Assembly (NCBI GenBank): GCA_963422375.2
Contig: OY729428.2
Coordinates: 3,296,001-3,360,000, forward strand
Reading direction: 5' to 3'
Length of the DNA stretch: 64,000 nucleotides
Source of the DNA: Bryobacterales bacterium
GTDB taxonomy: Bacteria; Acidobacteriota; Terriglobia; Bryobacterales; UBA6623
Position numbers and translations under genes: made by a program. Below the pieces are notes generated by a model. The model was not told the origin of the DNA, ran no database searches, and saw only the letters and a program-made list of their open reading frames with translations. Positions 61,982 through 64,000 of this stretch are shown one piece after another. How positions within the stretch are numbered: the stretch's first letter is position 1; every line of letters starts with the position of its first letter.

Positions 61982-63138
61982 GTCACATTCGCACGGCCAG
62001 CCGCGCGACAGCTCCAAGAGGCTATCCTAACCGGCCGCCTCCGCCGGCCCGCCGACACGGATGCGGCCCACGGGCCCGGCACGGTCGCCCCGGGATGTCG
62101 CAGCACGGGCGAGGTCTCGGGGCTCGGCCAAACCGAGGCATCCCGCAACACGCAAGGCGCTCGCGCAAGTGTCCCAGCCGAGTGCCGCCACGACCCGCTT
62201 CAAGCGGGCCTGCGGATTGTTCCCGAGGTGGTCTTATCTCACCAGCCCAGCGAAGGCCAGGATCCGACAATGCCTTTGGACGCGGCGCGATTCGTGCCGC
62301 GTCGGCGGAACGCAATCGAGATGCATGGAGGAAGGGGGAACGGAGTAGCAGCGGCGTAGACCAATCACCACCTGCGAGCCGAGGGCACCTCGAGAGGAAC
62401 GCACTTGGTGCCCGAGCCGTCCTACGGCTCAGCTGATAGGACGGACTACGGCAATTCCGGGAACTCCCCAGCGCCGCGTCACTCTGCGAACCGGGCAGAT
62501 TCGCTCGCGACGGGCTGAGTCGACAGCGTCGACTCGATCTCTCTGCTGAGTGCGCCCTATGCTAGTATGATTTGCTAGTATGATTGCGGGGCTTCGCCGA
62601 GTGTTCCTTCGCTACCCGCTCCAAAGCGCGGACGACAGCCTGCCATTGATGCCTGAAGCGTGCGAGTTCGACGTAGACTAGCCTCAAGAAACGTCGAATG
62701 CGCGGGCACCGATGCGTTATAAGTCGTCGTCTAAGAAATTTCTTGACACATCTATGAAATGGCGGTTCTTGTCGCTTTTTGACGACAATTCAAACGCTTG
62801 GAAGGAGGAGAATGTTTGCCAAGTAGAGGCGCTATCTGAGGTGTACAAATGGTCTCGTCCAAAGGAGTTTGTTGAGTCCATCGCCAATCGAAATTCAACC
62901 GGATTAGTTCTAGTGTCGTAACTTTGGTCTTGATTAAATTCGGACAGGCGGATGGGAAGAGACGGAGAGGCTAGCAGTTAAGGATCAAGCGCCAGTCGGG
63001 ATGGAGAAGTCTTACGAAGATTTCGTATGCGGCGAGGAAGCGTTGGTTGCACGCGTCGATCTTGGATCCGGAAAAAGAGGACTCAGTTGGCTCCGCGGTC
63101 GCAGGTGTCGCGGAAGCACTCGCCTTGGCTAGCAATCC

Positions 63139-63722
63139 GAGCCTTTTGCAAAATTCAGAAAAGAGGGCTGACCGCCCCATGAACGACTAGTTTCCGGGCT
63201 GTTATTCTCGCCGAAAAAGACCCCCTTCAGCTGGGCTTGCTCCGCTGCGGGGCGCTCCTGCGAGGAGCGGCCCCGTGCAGGCGCAGCTCTCCCGGCCCGG
63301 CCCTGCGGGCGGGCGCTCTGCCCGGCTGTCCCGGCGGCCCGGGCTCTCAGAGCGCCAGGCGCAGCTCGACGGCCGCGCGGGTTGACAGCGATGAGCGGCA
63401 CGTGCCCGAGCCGCTCGCTGAAGGCCCGGATCCCGGCCGCGTCGTACACGCTGTCCATCAGGTCGTACAGGTTGTCGACGCGGCCCGCGGTCCGTGTCGC
63501 CAGCGGGATCGCGGCCTGATCGCGGCCTGATCGCGGCTTGATCGCGGCCTGGCTGTCGTGCAGCGAAGCCGCGGTGAGCAGGCAGCTGACCGGGATCCCG
63601 CCGTCGATCGCGTCGATATGCAGCTTGTAGCCATGCAGCTTGTAGCCGCGCCAGCTGACGGTATGGCCCTTGGCGTTGCGCTTGGTGCCGGTATCGCAGT
63701 CCTTCGGCAGGTCGTTCAGCAT
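63139..63722 (-). mobile_element. Second truncated IS1182-like half (inverted copy of 40669-41229)
   Basis: Same IR, same internal deletion and same junction with the left end of a full copy. Confidence 0.85.
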
Positions 63723-64000
63723 GAGCCTTTTGCAAGAATCCCGAGCTAATAGCATTATCATTTAGTTAGTCTATTAAGTATTCGATATAATCAATGGAAT
63801 AGAACTGTAGTAAATGTAGTTTTAATGGCTTGTCATGCGTTTTGAGTTTCCTGGCAATCCCTTGCCCTCCGTGCTATTATTGTAATCCAAGCCTAGTAAA
63901 CAGCTGGCAGGATTCAACGAATATGTCCTTGATAGAAACCGTATCCGCGTACTGGTTCACGTTCCAGCAGGGGCTGTTCCCCTGGCTCGAGCAGGAACTC
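63723..64000 (+). mobile_element. Left end of a second full IS1182-like copy (transposase ATG 63923, runs off window)
   Basis: GAGCCTTTTGCAAGAATCC IR, AT-rich leader and MSLIETVSAYWFTFQQGLFPWLEQEL; near-identical to the reverse complement of 40391-40668. Confidence 0.9.

Noticed and set aside
62712..63138. Low-GC short ORFs next to the IS end
   Set aside because: Multiple stops in the plausible frames and no recognisable motif; cannot support a CDS call.
1..64000. tRNA (including selC), rRNA, tmRNA, RNase P
   Set aside because: No recognisable signatures by eye. Sec machinery, if present, lies outside this window; a covariance-model scan is needed to be sure.

Overview
GC-rich bacterial chromosomal segment. 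Gene content suggests Acidobacteriota (Bryobacterales-like); this is inferred from CRTAC1/ASPIC-UnbV proteins, an ECF sigma-HEAT-DUF4097-PDZ operon, a DUF1592/DUF1552 pair, dnaK-dnaJ-hspR and hpnI. Housekeeping genes (lpxB, a MoaD-MoeB-rhodanese fusion, thiE-like, dnaK/dnaJ/hspR, recO, mnmA, a UbiD-family decarboxylase, an acyl-CoA mutase, transporters, sulfatases) are interleaved with decayed accessory DNA. That DNA includes AAA/PD-(D/E)XK, TPR-cytochrome, Uma2, R-M methylase and DUF433/PIN pseudogenes, ISNCY-like and IS1595 elements, and two inverted copies of a composite IS1182-like element. The most notable signal is that ORFs 3313-5091 and 1150-3291 (minus strand) form one reading frame broken only by an in-frame TGA in the middle of an FG-GAP propeller. 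A hairpin matching the bacterial SECIS pattern follows directly. This predicts a ~1313-aa exported selenoprotein (or programmed read-through product) with FG-GAP, ASPIC/UnbV, TlpA-thioredoxin and TPR domains. No rRNA, tRNA or CRISPR array was recognised. All family calls come from motif recognition, not database searches.
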